From contig CALKWZ010000076.1 in NCBI GenBank assembly GCA_938003985.1, forward strand, positions 11,045 to 75,044: DNA of 64,000 bases, given 5' to 3'. The DNA is from an uncultured Verrucomicrobiota bacterium (GTDB taxonomy: Bacteria > Verrucomicrobiota > Kiritimatiellia > CAIQIC01 > Lenti-01). The stretch's first letter is position 1; every line of letters begins with the position of its first letter. Below the pieces are notes generated by a model. The model made no database searches. It was not told where the DNA came from and saw only the letters and a list, made by a program, of their open reading frames with translations. Made by a program: the position numbers and the translations under genes. This document shows, piece by piece, positions 45,691 to 54,616 of this stretch.

Positions 45691-46437
45691 TCAGCGCAGG
45701 CGGCGCGCCTCCAGGATGCGGACGGCCGCGAACAATGCCAGCGCGGTGCCGCCGACGTACCAGACCACGGCGCGGGTATCCACGATGCCCGCCGCGAAAT
45801 CGGCCATGTGCCGGGTCGCCGAAACGGCGGCGGCGAATTCCCGGAACGGCGCGGTGTGGGCGTAGAACGGCAAGCGTCCGCCGGCCAGCGCCAGGCCGGC
45901 GGCCGCGAAGCCCGCCATGGCGGCGACGGCCTGGTGGCGCGTCAGCAGCGAGCCCAGCAGTCCCAGCGCCACGAAAAACGCGCCGATCAGCGCCGTGCCC
46001 AGATAGGCCGCCGCCACGGGGCCCCAGTCCACCGGCGGCAGGTTCGCGCCGCATTGCCGCAGGATGGCGGCGTAGGCGAGGGTGGGCAGCCACAGCAGCA
46101 GGAACGCGGCGTAGGCGGCCGCGAACTTGGCCAGCACCACCTGGGTTTCCGTCACCGGCGCGGCCAGCAGGGTTTCGAGCGTGCCCGCGCGCTGCTCTTC
46201 CGCGAACAGGCGCATGGTCAGCAGCGGCGTCGCGACCAGCAGCGCCAGCCAGTAGACGGGCGTGCCGAACAGGTTCTGGACCAGATCGCCCTCGGCCGCG
46301 CTGCGGGCCAGGTGCGCGGCCTGCCGCCACAAGCCGAAGCCGGCGATCGCCAGGAAGCAGGTGCCGGCGACGTAGCCGATCGAGGTGCGGAAGTAGGTCG
46401 CCAGCTCGCGCCGCCAGAGCGGGAAGAACGCGTTCAT
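45691..46437 (-). CDS. ABC-2 type transporter permease (GldF-like)
   Basis: MNAFFPLWRRELATYFRTSIGYV..EEQRAGTLETLLAAPV.. is typical of ABC-2 permeases. 6 TM segments. Confidence 0.75.
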   Translation of the reverse strand: MNAFFPLWRRELATYFRTSIGYVAGTCFLAIAGFGLWRQAAHLARSAAEGDLVQNLFGTPVYWLALLVATPLLTMRLFAEEQRAGTLETLLAAPVTETQVVLAKFAAAYAAFLLLWLPTLAYAAILRQCGANLPPVDWGPVAAAYLGTALIGAFFVALGLLGSLLTRHQAVAAMAGFAAAGLALAGGRLPFYAHTAPFREFAAAVSATRHMADFAAGIVDTRAVVWYVGGTALALFAAVRILEARRLR

Positions 46438-47201
46438 GCGCCCCTCCGTTGGCCGGGATTGCGCACCAGCGGCAGCGGCGTGGTCAAGCGGCGGTAGGCC
46501 TCCGCGAACGTGGTTTCGCCGGCTTGCGCCAGCCGGGCGGGGGCGTCCGCGGCGGCCAGGCGGCCCGCGTTCAGGATCAGCGCGCGGTGGCACAGGCGCT
46601 CGGCCTCGGCCAGCACGTGGGTCGAAAACAGCACGCAGCGGTCCGGGCCCAGTCCTTGCAGCAGCGCGCGCACGGCGTCCACTTGCGCCGGATCCAGGCC
46701 CGCCAGCGGCTCGTCCAGCAGCAGGACGTCCGGCTCGTGCAGCAGGCAGTCCGCCAGGCCGACGCGCTGGCGGTAGCCGCGCGACAGCGTGCCGATGGCG
46801 CGGCGCAGGACGTCGCCGAGGCCGCCGCGCTCGACCGCGTCGCGCAGGCGTTCCGCCAGGCGCGCGCCGCGCAGCCCCCGCAGCCGGCCGCGGAACGCCA
46901 GGTATTCCTCCACGCGCATTTCGGGATAAAGGGGGACGTTTTCGGGCAGATAGGCGATCCGGCGGCGGACGGCCAGCGACTGGAACGTCACGTCGTAGCC
47001 CGCGATGCGCGCGCGGCCGTCCGTCGGCGCGAGCGCCGTCGCCAGAATGCGCAGGGTGGTCGTCTTGCCGGAGCCGTTGGGGCCGAGCAGGGCGACGATC
47101 TCGCCGCGCCGGATCTGGAACGACACGCCCCCCAGCGCTTCGCACCGGGGAAAACGCCGGACCAGATTGTCCGCCTCGATCAATGTTTCCGCGCCCGCCA
47201 T
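46434..47201 (-). CDS. ABC transporter ATP-binding protein (GldA-like)
   Basis: Walker A GPNGSGKTT, signature LSRGYRQR, Walker B LLLDEPLAGLD. Confidence 0.9.
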   Translation of the reverse strand: MAGAETLIEADNLVRRFPRCEALGGVSFQIRRGEIVALLGPNGSGKTTTLRILATALAPTDGRARIAGYDVTFQSLAVRRRIAYLPENVPLYPEMRVEEYLAFRGRLRGLRGARLAERLRDAVERGGLGDVLRRAIGTLSRGYRQRVGLADCLLHEPDVLLLDEPLAGLDPAQVDAVRALLQGLGPDRCVLFSTHVLAEAERLCHRALILNAGRLAAADAPARLAQAGETTFAEAYRRLTTPLPLVRNPGQRRGA

Positions 47202-47337
47202 GGTCGTTCAGTTCCGGTGCCACTCTACCCGCAGGGCCCCGGCCGAATCAATCTTTTCCCCCCGCCGCCGTCCGCCGCGGCGCGCGCCGGAAAACGGCCC
47301 CGGAAATCGGTTTTCCCCGCCGCCGGAAACCGCTAGG

Positions 47338-48789
47338 ATGCGCCCCATGTGGAACGGATTTCCATTCCGGCCGCTGGCGGCCGCGCTGGCGCTGGCGGCC
47401 GCGGCGTCCGGGGCCGCCGCGGGCGAAGCCCTGCCGCTGACCCTCGAAGACGCCGTCGCGCGCGCGCTGGAGCACAACCGCCGGCTCGTGAAAGGCGCGC
47501 TGGACCTGCAAGGCTATCGCCTGGCGGCGGACCGCGCGCGGGAAACCGTGCGCGGCTTCCGGGTCGCGCCGACGGGCTCCGTCGGCGCCGGATCGGATTC
47601 CGAAACCGCCCGCGCCGGTCTCGCGGCCGAAGCCACGGGGCCCTACGGCACGCGGGTGGCCGTTGCCGCCCTCGCCCAGCAGATCGAAGTGGACGAGGCG
47701 CCGGCGAACCGCCGCGGGGAGATCCGGCTGGAGGTCGAGCAACCCCTGTTCCGGAATTTCGGTCCGCTCGTGCGCAACGAGCCGGTCGCGGTCGCCAACG
47801 AAACCCTGCTGGCCGCGCGCCGCGCCTGGGAACGCGACCGTTCGGCGCTGGCCGTCGCCGTCGCGGAACTGTTCGAAAACCTGATCTATCTGCGCCACCA
47901 GATCGCCGGCGACGAAGCCTTCGCCGACCGCCTGGAACGGCTCTACGCCTTGGCCGACGCCCGCGAGCGGCAGGGGCGCGCCACCCGCACCGAAGTCCTG
48001 CGCATGGATCTCCAGCGCGGCGAGGCCGCCCTGCGCCTCGAGACGGAACGCGCGCAGCTCGCGGTCCAGTTCCAGGAATTCGCCGAACTGCTGGGCCTGC
48101 CGCTGGAGACCGCGTTCCGGCTGGCGCCGCCCGATCTGCTCGACCTCGGCGGGAGCGACGCCGAACGCGCGCTGGCCGTCGCGCTGGACCAGCGGCCCGA
48201 CGTCGCCCAGGCCTTGCAGGACGTCGCCACCGCCGACCGCCAGGCGCTGCTGGCGCGGCGGAACCTCCTGCCGGATCTGCGGCTGACCGCCCGCCAGTCC
48301 ACCTTCGGCGAAGGCGAGGAGTGGAGCGATGCCGGCCGCTTCGACCAGGACGACTGGTTCGTCGGCCTCGTGGCCGACGTGGACTTGAACCTGCGCGGCG
48401 CGCGGCTCGACGTCGCCCGCGCCGAAATCGACGTCGAGGCCCGCCGGCAGGTCGCCGACATCGTCCGCAACCGCCTGGCGCTGGAAGTCAACTCCGCGTG
48501 GTCCGCCTATCGCCGCACGCGCGCCGCGCTGGAACTGGCCGCGCGCAACCGCGAACTGGCCGCGAACCGCGCCGAACTGGCGCGGGCGCTCTTCGATGCC
48601 GGCCGCGCCAGCGCGGATTCGGTCTCCGACGCCGAAGCCGACGGCCGCGCCGCCGAATTGGCCGAACTGGCCGCGCGCCGCGACGCCTCCGTCGCGGCTT
48701 ATCGCTTGCTGCACGCGCTGGGCACGCTGGTGCCCGCGCCCCGGGAAATCCTGCGCGAGGAAACGAACCATGCGAAACACGACGATTAA
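47338..48789 (+). CDS. TolC-family outer-membrane efflux protein
   Basis: Signal peptide then LTLEDAVARALEHNRRL and two OEP repeats (..NLLPDLRL..). Confidence 0.8.
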   Translation: MRPMWNGFPFRPLAAALALAAAASGAAAGEALPLTLEDAVARALEHNRRLVKGALDLQGYRLAADRARETVRGFRVAPTGSVGAGSDSETARAGLAAEATGPYGTRVAVAALAQQIEVDEAPANRRGEIRLEVEQPLFRNFGPLVRNEPVAVANETLLAARRAWERDRSALAVAVAELFENLIYLRHQIAGDEAFADRLERLYALADARERQGRATRTEVLRMDLQRGEAALRLETERAQLAVQFQEFAELLGLPLETAFRLAPPDLLDLGGSDAERALAVALDQRPDVAQALQDVATADRQALLARRNLLPDLRLTARQSTFGEGEEWSDAGRFDQDDWFVGLVADVDLNLRGARLDVARAEIDVEARRQVADIVRNRLALEVNSAWSAYRRTRAALELAARNRELAANRAELARALFDAGRASADSVSDAEADGRAAELAELAARRDASVAAYRLLHALGTLVPAPREILREETNHAKHDD

Positions 48790-49975
48790 CCGGCTGGCCG
48801 CGGGCGCGCTCGCCGCGCTGGCCCTGGCCGGCTGCGGCCGCGGCGCCGCCGAGGCGCCGCGCACGACGGCGACGGCGCGCGGCCCCGTCCGCATGGCCCT
48901 GCCGTTCCGCGGCGAGCTGGAAGCGCGCCGCGTGGAGACGATATCCGTCGGCGTGCAGGGCTCGGCCGTGCTGGCCGAACTCGTGCCCGAAGGCACCCGC
49001 GTGGCGGCGGGCGACCTGCTGGCCCGCTTCGACGCCTCGCAGATCGCGCAGGATCTGGCGCGCCAGGAAAACGAACTCGTCCGCGCCCGCCAGGAGCTCG
49101 ACAGCCTCGAGAAGGCCGAACTCCCGCTCGAATTGCTCGAACTGGAAACCAAGCGCCTGGACGCGCGGACCGAACTCGAAGCCGAAGAGCGCTTCCTCGC
49201 ATCCGTGCGCGACCTGGCCGGGCGCGGCCTGATGGCGCCCGAAGAAGTCGCCCAGCAGGAAGCCAAGATCGCCGCGCTGAAAACGCGCGGCGAGCAGCTC
49301 GACGTCCGGCTCGAACTGACGCAAAAGCACGTCCACGCCGCGCGCCTGGCCAAGGCGCGCGCCGCGCTGGAAGCCGCCGAGCGGCAGCGCGACTTCACCG
49401 CCAGCCAGCTGGCCCTGTGCGAAATGCGCGCGCCGGTGGCCGGCACCGCCACGCTGGTGCCGCTGCCCGTGGGCGGGGAGTACCGCGTCGCGCACGTCGG
49501 CGACACGCTCTACCACAACCAGGCGTTCCTGTGCCTGCCCGATCCCGCCGAGCACGTCGTGCGCGGCTACGTGGGCGAGGCCGAGCTGCCGTGGATCCAG
49601 CCCGGACGCGCCGTCGCGGCCGTCCCCGAGGCGTTTCCCGACGTCCAGTTGACCGGCCGCGTCGAAAGCGTCGGCGGCATGGCCCAGTCCCGGCCCGGCC
49701 AGCCCGCCTGGCGCAAGTTCTTCCCCGTGCTGATCGCGCTCGATCCGTTGCCGCGGCCGCTGCCGGTGGGCATCACCGTGCGCGCCGACGTCGCCGCGGG
49801 CGAAGCGGCCGATGCGCTCTGGCTGCCGCGCGAAGCCGTCGCGTGGCGCAACGGGACCGCCATCGTGCAGCGGGCGTCGGGAGAAGAAGTGTCCGTCGCA
49901 ACGGGCCTGGCCGACGCGACCCGGATCGAGATCGTTTCCGGTCTCGCCGCGGGCGACGAGGTGCGCCTGCCTTGA
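48770..49975 (+). CDS. HlyD/MacA-type periplasmic adaptor (membrane fusion protein)
   Basis: Lipoprotein-like N-terminus ..LALAGCG, a long coiled coil (ARQELDSLEKAELPLELLELETKRLDARTELEAEERF) and beta-barrel/lipoyl segments (..MRAPVAGTATLV). Confidence 0.8.
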   Translation: MRNTTINRLAAGALAALALAGCGRGAAEAPRTTATARGPVRMALPFRGELEARRVETISVGVQGSAVLAELVPEGTRVAAGDLLARFDASQIAQDLARQENELVRARQELDSLEKAELPLELLELETKRLDARTELEAEERFLASVRDLAGRGLMAPEEVAQQEAKIAALKTRGEQLDVRLELTQKHVHAARLAKARAALEAAERQRDFTASQLALCEMRAPVAGTATLVPLPVGGEYRVAHVGDTLYHNQAFLCLPDPAEHVVRGYVGEAELPWIQPGRAVAAVPEAFPDVQLTGRVESVGGMAQSRPGQPAWRKFFPVLIALDPLPRPLPVGITVRADVAAGEAADALWLPREAVAWRNGTAIVQRASGEEVSVATGLADATRIEIVSGLAAGDEVRLP

Positions 49976-51117
49976 GGAAATTCGCGGCAGACCTGTGGGC
50001 CGGCGTGCGGACGGGACCCGCCCGCGCGGGGCTGGCCTTTTCCAGCCTGGCGCTCGGCCTGTTCGCCGTGACGGTCTTGCTGGCGACGCTCGAAGCCCTG
50101 CAACGGCAGGCGCGGGAACTGGTCGATTCGTTCGGCGCCGGCTCCGTCGTCTTGACCCGCGCCGCCGAACCGCGCTGGAACCGCCGGCAGGTGGATTTCT
50201 TCCGCGCCAACCTCGGCGCCGAAGCGTGGGTGTCCGGCGTGAAGACGCTGCCCTCGATTCCGGGCGTGGATTTCGCCGTGGCCGCGGCCGACGGCGAACT
50301 GGCCGGCGCGCGCGGCTGGCGGTGGGCGTCCGGCCGCGCGCTGGACGAACTCGACGTCCGCCAAGGCGCGCGCCACGCCGTGGCGCCCGTCGAACTGTGC
50401 CGGCAACGCGGCTGGCGGACGGGGGAGACGATCGCCGTCGGTCCGGAACTCTATCGCCTCGTGGGCACGTTCGCGGCCGGCGGCGAATCCGTGCCGGGTC
50501 TTGCGCCGGAAACCGTGTTCGTGCCCCATACCGCCGATGCGTTCGAAACGGCCGATGCCGACGCCTTGGCGCGGGTGGATGCCTTGCTGTTCCGGGCCCG
50601 GCCGGGAACCGCGCCCGAGGCGCTCCGGCGCCGCATCGCGGCCCTGCTGGCCCAGCCCGGTCTCGGCGCGGACGGCGTCGAGTGGACCACGCCCGAAACC
50701 CTCCTGCGGGGCGTCCGCCGCTGGCAGCGGGCCATCGGTTGGACGGCCGGGACGGGCGGGGCGCTGGGCCTGCTGCTGGGAGCGGCCACGCTGGCCGGCA
50801 TGCTGTTGACGGGCGTGCGCGAACGGGTTGCGGAAATCGGCCTGCGCCGGGCCCTCGGCGCGCGCCGGCGCGAAATCGCCGGCCTGTTCGTGGCCGAGGC
50901 GCTGGCGCTGACGGGCGCCGCGGCCGTGGCCGGCCTGCTCGCGGCCGAAATCGCCCTGCGTCTCTGGGGCAGCCGCTTCCCGCTGCCGTTCGAATTCGGG
51001 GCGCAAACCCGGCTCTTGCCGCTGGCGCTGGCCGCGGGACTTGCGTTAGGCTGTTCCGCAGGGCCGGCGTGGATGGCCGCGCGCCTTCCGCCGGCGGAGG
51101 CCTTGCGCAATGAATAG
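49972..51117 (+). CDS. FtsX/MacB-type ABC permease (no cognate ATPase adjacent)
   Basis: TTG start overlapping the upstream stop (TTGA). One N-terminal TM, a large periplasmic domain, then the FtsX 3-TM bundle (..GVRERVAEIGLRRALGARRREIAGLFVAEAL..). Confidence 0.7.
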   Translation: MRKFAADLWAGVRTGPARAGLAFSSLALGLFAVTVLLATLEALQRQARELVDSFGAGSVVLTRAAEPRWNRRQVDFFRANLGAEAWVSGVKTLPSIPGVDFAVAAADGELAGARGWRWASGRALDELDVRQGARHAVAPVELCRQRGWRTGETIAVGPELYRLVGTFAAGGESVPGLAPETVFVPHTADAFETADADALARVDALLFRARPGTAPEALRRRIAALLAQPGLGADGVEWTTPETLLRGVRRWQRAIGWTAGTGGALGLLLGAATLAGMLLTGVRERVAEIGLRRALGARRREIAGLFVAEALALTGAAAVAGLLAAEIALRLWGSRFPLPFEFGAQTRLLPLALAAGLALGCSAGPAWMAARLPPAEALRNE

Positions 51118-52648
51118 AAGCATCTGGATGGCGGTCGCGCTGCTGCTGGCGGGCAACGCCTGCGCGCGCGAAGAGGAGGCTCCCATGAAAAAGACCTGCA
51201 TGGAATCGACCTTGGCGGGCTCGTGGTACGACGCGGATCCCGGCCGCCTCCGGACCGAACTGGAAGGCTATCTCGCGGCGGCGCGCGTGGAATCCGATCC
51301 GGCCATTTTCGCCGTGGTCGTGCCGCACGCGGGCTATGCCTATTCCGGGCCTTGCGCGGCCGTCGGCATGCGCGCCCTGGCCGCGCGCAAGGACCTGGAG
51401 CGCGTGGTGGTGATCGGCTTTTCCCACCGCGTGCATCTGCCCAACCGCGCCAGCCTGCCCGCGACCGAAACCCATTACCGCTCGCCGCTGGGCGAAACCC
51501 CGCTGGACGTCGCCGCCATCGCCGCGCTGATGGAAAACCCGCTCTTCGTGGACCGGGCCGACACCCGCCGCGGCGAAAACAGCGTGGAGCTGCAGTTGCC
51601 GCTCCTGCAGGTCGCCTTGGCCGGGCGCGACTGGAAACTGATCCCCGTCACCCTCGGCCAGCTCGACGACGGCGTCCGCGAGCAGGTCGCCGCGGCGCTG
51701 GGCGAACTGCTCGACGGCAAGACCGCTCTGGTCGTCAGCTCCGACTTCACCCACTACGGTCCCAATTTCGGCTACGTGCCGTTCCGCACGGACGTGGAGG
51801 CCAAGCTGCGCCAGCTCGACGGCGGCGCCATCGCGAAGATCGTCGCCGGCGACGCCGACGGATTCGCGGCCTACTGCGAAAAAACCGGCGCGACGATCTG
51901 CGGACAGGATTCCATCGGCGTCCTGCTGCGGATGCTGCCCGAGAAATTCACCGCCCGCGAAATCGCCTACGACACGTCCGGGCGCAGCACCGGCGACTGG
52001 CGCAATTCCGTCAGCTACGCCAGCATCGGCTTCTACGGTTCCGGCCGGCCCGCGAAAAAAGCAGCCGCGGCCCCGGCCGCGGCGCAGCAGGCCGCCGAAC
52101 TGACCGCAACGGACAAGAAGGTCCTGCTGGCCTTGGCGCGCAGTGTCATCGGGCGGGCGTTGAAGAATGAGCCTTTCTCGGCCGACGACCCTGACGCGCT
52201 GTGCACGCCGGCGCTGAAACAGAAAATGGGCGGCTTCGTCACCCTGACCATCGGCGGCGAGCTGCGCGGGTGCATCGGCGAAATCTTCCCGCGGCGCCCC
52301 TTGGCCGATGTCGTCGTCGACCACGCCCACGACGCGGCGTTCGAAGATCCGCGCTTCCCGCCGCTGACGGCGCGGGAGTTCGCGCAGACGAAGATCGAGA
52401 TCAGCGCCCTGACGCCGCCGGTGCCCGTGGCGTCGTACGACGACATCGAGATCGGCCGGCACGGCATGGTGCTCGAACTGGGCGGGCGTTCGGCGGTGTT
52501 TTTGCCGCAGGTCGCGCCGGAGCAGGGGTGGGATCTGGCGACCACGCTGACCTACCTGTCCCGCAAGGCCGGCCTGCCCGGCAACGCCTGGAAAGACCCC
52601 CGCGCCAAATTCACCGTCTTCGAGGCCGTCGTCTTCCACGAAGAGTAG
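51110..52648 (+). CDS. Memo-like (AmmeMemoRadiSam system protein B) fused to AMMECR1 (protein A), with N-terminal signal-like peptide
   Basis: N-terminal half SWYDADPGRL..VVPHAGYAYSGPCAA..FSHRVH..ENSVELQLPLLQ (Memo). C-terminal half ..GGFVTLTIGGELRGCIGEI..AFEDPRFPPLT (AMMECR1). N-terminus MNRSIWMAVALLLAGNACA. The start overlaps the upstream gene by 8 nt. Confidence 0.8.
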   Translation: MNRSIWMAVALLLAGNACAREEEAPMKKTCMESTLAGSWYDADPGRLRTELEGYLAAARVESDPAIFAVVVPHAGYAYSGPCAAVGMRALAARKDLERVVVIGFSHRVHLPNRASLPATETHYRSPLGETPLDVAAIAALMENPLFVDRADTRRGENSVELQLPLLQVALAGRDWKLIPVTLGQLDDGVREQVAAALGELLDGKTALVVSSDFTHYGPNFGYVPFRTDVEAKLRQLDGGAIAKIVAGDADGFAAYCEKTGATICGQDSIGVLLRMLPEKFTAREIAYDTSGRSTGDWRNSVSYASIGFYGSGRPAKKAAAAPAAAQQAAELTATDKKVLLALARSVIGRALKNEPFSADDPDALCTPALKQKMGGFVTLTIGGELRGCIGEIFPRRPLADVVVDHAHDAAFEDPRFPPLTAREFAQTKIEISALTPPVPVASYDDIEIGRHGMVLELGGRSAVFLPQVAPEQGWDLATTLTYLSRKAGLPGNAWKDPRAKFTVFEAVVFHEE

Positions 52649-52653
52649 GGGCC

Positions 52654-52741
52654 AAGACCGGGACAACCGGGACGAGGGCGTCCCGGCTCCAAACCGCCGC
52701 CGGATTTCCGCCTTTGGAGCCCCCGACGACCCCGTCGGGGG
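52654..52741. repeat. Three-hairpin intergenic repeat element, copy 2
   Basis: Same element as 28177..28246, with an extra CCGGGACAA duplication and a longer middle loop. It begins 6 nt after the stop of the Memo-AMMECR1 gene, in a convergent intergenic region. Confidence 0.8.
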
Positions 52742-52875
52742 ATTGGAGCGGAGATGTTTCGACTCCGGCGCGGTGCGCCTCCGCTCAACATGACCGGAAC
52801 GTTTCCGAGTTCGCTGTGGCTGGCCTCGTTGAGGCCGGCGGCGGTTCGTTCGAAGACCGGCCCCGGCGGAACCGG

Positions 52876-53280
52876 CTATGAATCGGAATCCGCGTTTTTC
52901 GCCGGCCGGTCGAACGGATCGGTTCGCGTGGACAGGCCAACGTAGGCGATCCGGAGCGCGCCGAAGATCGCCAAGGGCAGGGCCGCGCCGCCGAGGACGA
53001 TCGCCACGCCCCAGACGAAGCCGAACGAGTTGGCGGCGACCGACAGCCGCACCAACTTGATCCCGGCATCCAGCGCAAGGAACATCAAGGCTCCCAGGAC
53101 GTAGGGGTCTTTCCGAAACCAACCGTACGTCGTGAAGTAAACCAGAACCAGCAGGCTGGCCGCGGCGGCTGCCGCCAGGACGGCCGGTCCCTTCCCATAG
53201 GTCGGATCAGGTGCCGCGAAAGCGGCCAAAGCAAACAGGACGCCGATGAGAATCACGACCACAACGGTGAATGTTTTCAT
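52876..53280 (-). CDS. Hypothetical 4-TM membrane protein
   Basis: 134 aa, MKTFTVVVVILIGVLFALAAF.., with four hydrophobic helices. No family recognised. Confidence 0.5.
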   Translation of the reverse strand: MKTFTVVVVILIGVLFALAAFAAPDPTYGKGPAVLAAAAAASLLVLVYFTTYGWFRKDPYVLGALMFLALDAGIKLVRLSVAANSFGFVWGVAIVLGGAALPLAIFGALRIAYVGLSTRTDPFDRPAKNADSDS

Positions 53281-53349
53281 GGACGTTTTCCGGGATTCGT
53301 TGTCACTCGTATTCCTCTTGGTTCGCGTCGATGTATTTCGGCTGCCCGT

Positions 53350-53730
53350 TCAAGGTTCGGGGCGCGCTTCCCTCAACCGCACGCCTTCGTCGTGGAACCG
53401 GCGCGCGTTTTCCAGCAGATCGCCGCGCGTTTCATAGGTCAGCCGTTGCGACTTCCGGAAGTCCCGGAGCCGCGCCGCAAACCCGGGTTCTTGGGCGTCC
53501 AGGGCGGCGAGGCTTTCATCGAGCAAGACCCGGACCGCCGCCGCGTAATAGGATTGATCGTCCAGTTGCGTCAAGGCGACCGACAATGTGCTCGCGACTG
53601 GCACCGAGATGAAAATGGCCAGAAGCCCGAGGGCGATGCGCTTTCGCTTCGATCCGCGGTTTTCCGTGGCGATCCAAAACGCGACCAGACCGCCGAACGA
53701 CGCGCCGAGAATAACCAGCATTGCAATCAT
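53350..53730 (-). CDS. Hypothetical membrane-anchored protein
   Basis: 126 aa with two N-terminal TM helices and a helical soluble tail. Coding-like composition. Confidence 0.45.
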   Translation of the reverse strand: MIAMLVILGASFGGLVAFWIATENRGSKRKRIALGLLAIFISVPVASTLSVALTQLDDQSYYAAAVRVLLDESLAALDAQEPGFAARLRDFRKSQRLTYETRGDLLENARRFHDEGVRLREARPEP

Positions 53731-53739
53731 GGGTTCACC

Positions 53740-54183
53740 TCAATCATCCAGCCAGTGGCCTGCGATTCTGTTGCTGGCGACGCCGATTTCGATCGTCGTC
53801 CAGCCGATCATCCACCACGGATTCGGGTCGTAGATCCAGATTTCCCGCGCGCCGCCCGCATGGACGCGGGCCGGTCGGCCGAAACGCACGATGAAATCCC
53901 CGGCATCGTGACCGACCGGACATTGCGACCGCATGGCCGCAACCAGCCGTTCGGCGTTTTGGTCGCTCGCCCGGCAGAAGATCATCATGTTTGCGATCGG
54001 GTTGGCCAGCGCCGCCGCGGCCGCGGCCAGCAGGAAGGCGGTGCCGAGACCGAGAAACGCCGGCCGTTTCCGTTTGGCCGCCAACGCGAATGCCGTGACG
54101 GCCGCCGCCAAGCAAGCAACGCCCAGCAGGACGGTGACGCCGGTCCAGACCCAGCCCAACACGCTTGCCCAAGGTCCGTTCAT
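53740..54183 (-). CDS. Hypothetical membrane protein with BamE/SmpA-like C-terminal module
   Basis: Start MNGPWASVLGWVW.. at 54183. Two TM helices. C-terminal ..FGRPARVHAGGAREIWIYDPNPWW..TIEIGVASNRIAGHW resembles small OmlA-like folds, though the match is weak. Confidence 0.4.
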   Translation of the reverse strand: MNGPWASVLGWVWTGVTVLLGVACLAAAVTAFALAAKRKRPAFLGLGTAFLLAAAAAALANPIANMMIFCRASDQNAERLVAAMRSQCPVGHDAGDFIVRFGRPARVHAGGAREIWIYDPNPWWMIGWTTIEIGVASNRIAGHWLDD

Positions 54184-54214
54184 TGCGGTTGCTTGCTTGC
54201 GGAAACGTGGATGT

Positions 54215-54616
54215 TCACGGCCGATCCTGGTTCTTGGCCAATTCCGCTTCGACCCGGGCGGACGCCGTGCGCAGCGCCTGGAGCCGGTTGCGGGAGAGCG
54301 AGTGCGGAGCCGTGCCGGGCCGGAATTTCGCCAAGGCCGGCTCGGTCTTGGCCGCCATGGCCGCCAGCGCGCGGAGGGCGGCCCGCAAATCGTCCGGCGA
54401 GAATTCCGTTGCGGCATCCGTGCGGTCCTCCAGCAGCGCTTCCGCGAGGCGCAGTGCCCGGAGGTTGTCTTGCAGCATCCGGTATTGCCAGGTGGTCGGC
54501 GCCAATTTTAGTCGGGCCTTTTCGGACTTGCCGATCAGCGAGGCGATCGGCCCCCGCGCGGCCTGCGCGTCGGCGGCCGTGAGACTCAAGCCATTCCTGG
54601 CGGCAGGGGCGGTCAT
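54215..54616 (-). CDS. Hypothetical helical protein
   Basis: 133 aa, MTAPAARNG..TTWQYRMLQDNLRALRLAEALL... The start overlaps the upstream phosphatase stop (ATGA). Confidence 0.45.
   Translation of the reverse strand: MTAPAARNGLSLTAADAQAARGPIASLIGKSEKARLKLAPTTWQYRMLQDNLRALRLAEALLEDRTDAATEFSPDDLRAALRALAAMAAKTEPALAKFRPGTAPHSLSRNRLQALRTASARVEAELAKNQDRP

Noticed and set aside
42663-47336. Very long ORFs on the opposite strand or in alternative frames of real genes. Examples are 42663..47336 (+, 1557 aa), 48488..53122 (-, 1544 aa), 20453..23605 (-), 17546..20245 (-), 14793..17318 (-), 2126..4498 (+) and 209..1348 (+).
   Set aside because: Their translations are Arg/Gly/Ala/Pro-dominated low-complexity strings with no motifs. 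They overlap frames that have clear family signatures. This is the expected stop-codon-poor shadow-frame artefact of a very high-G+C genome.
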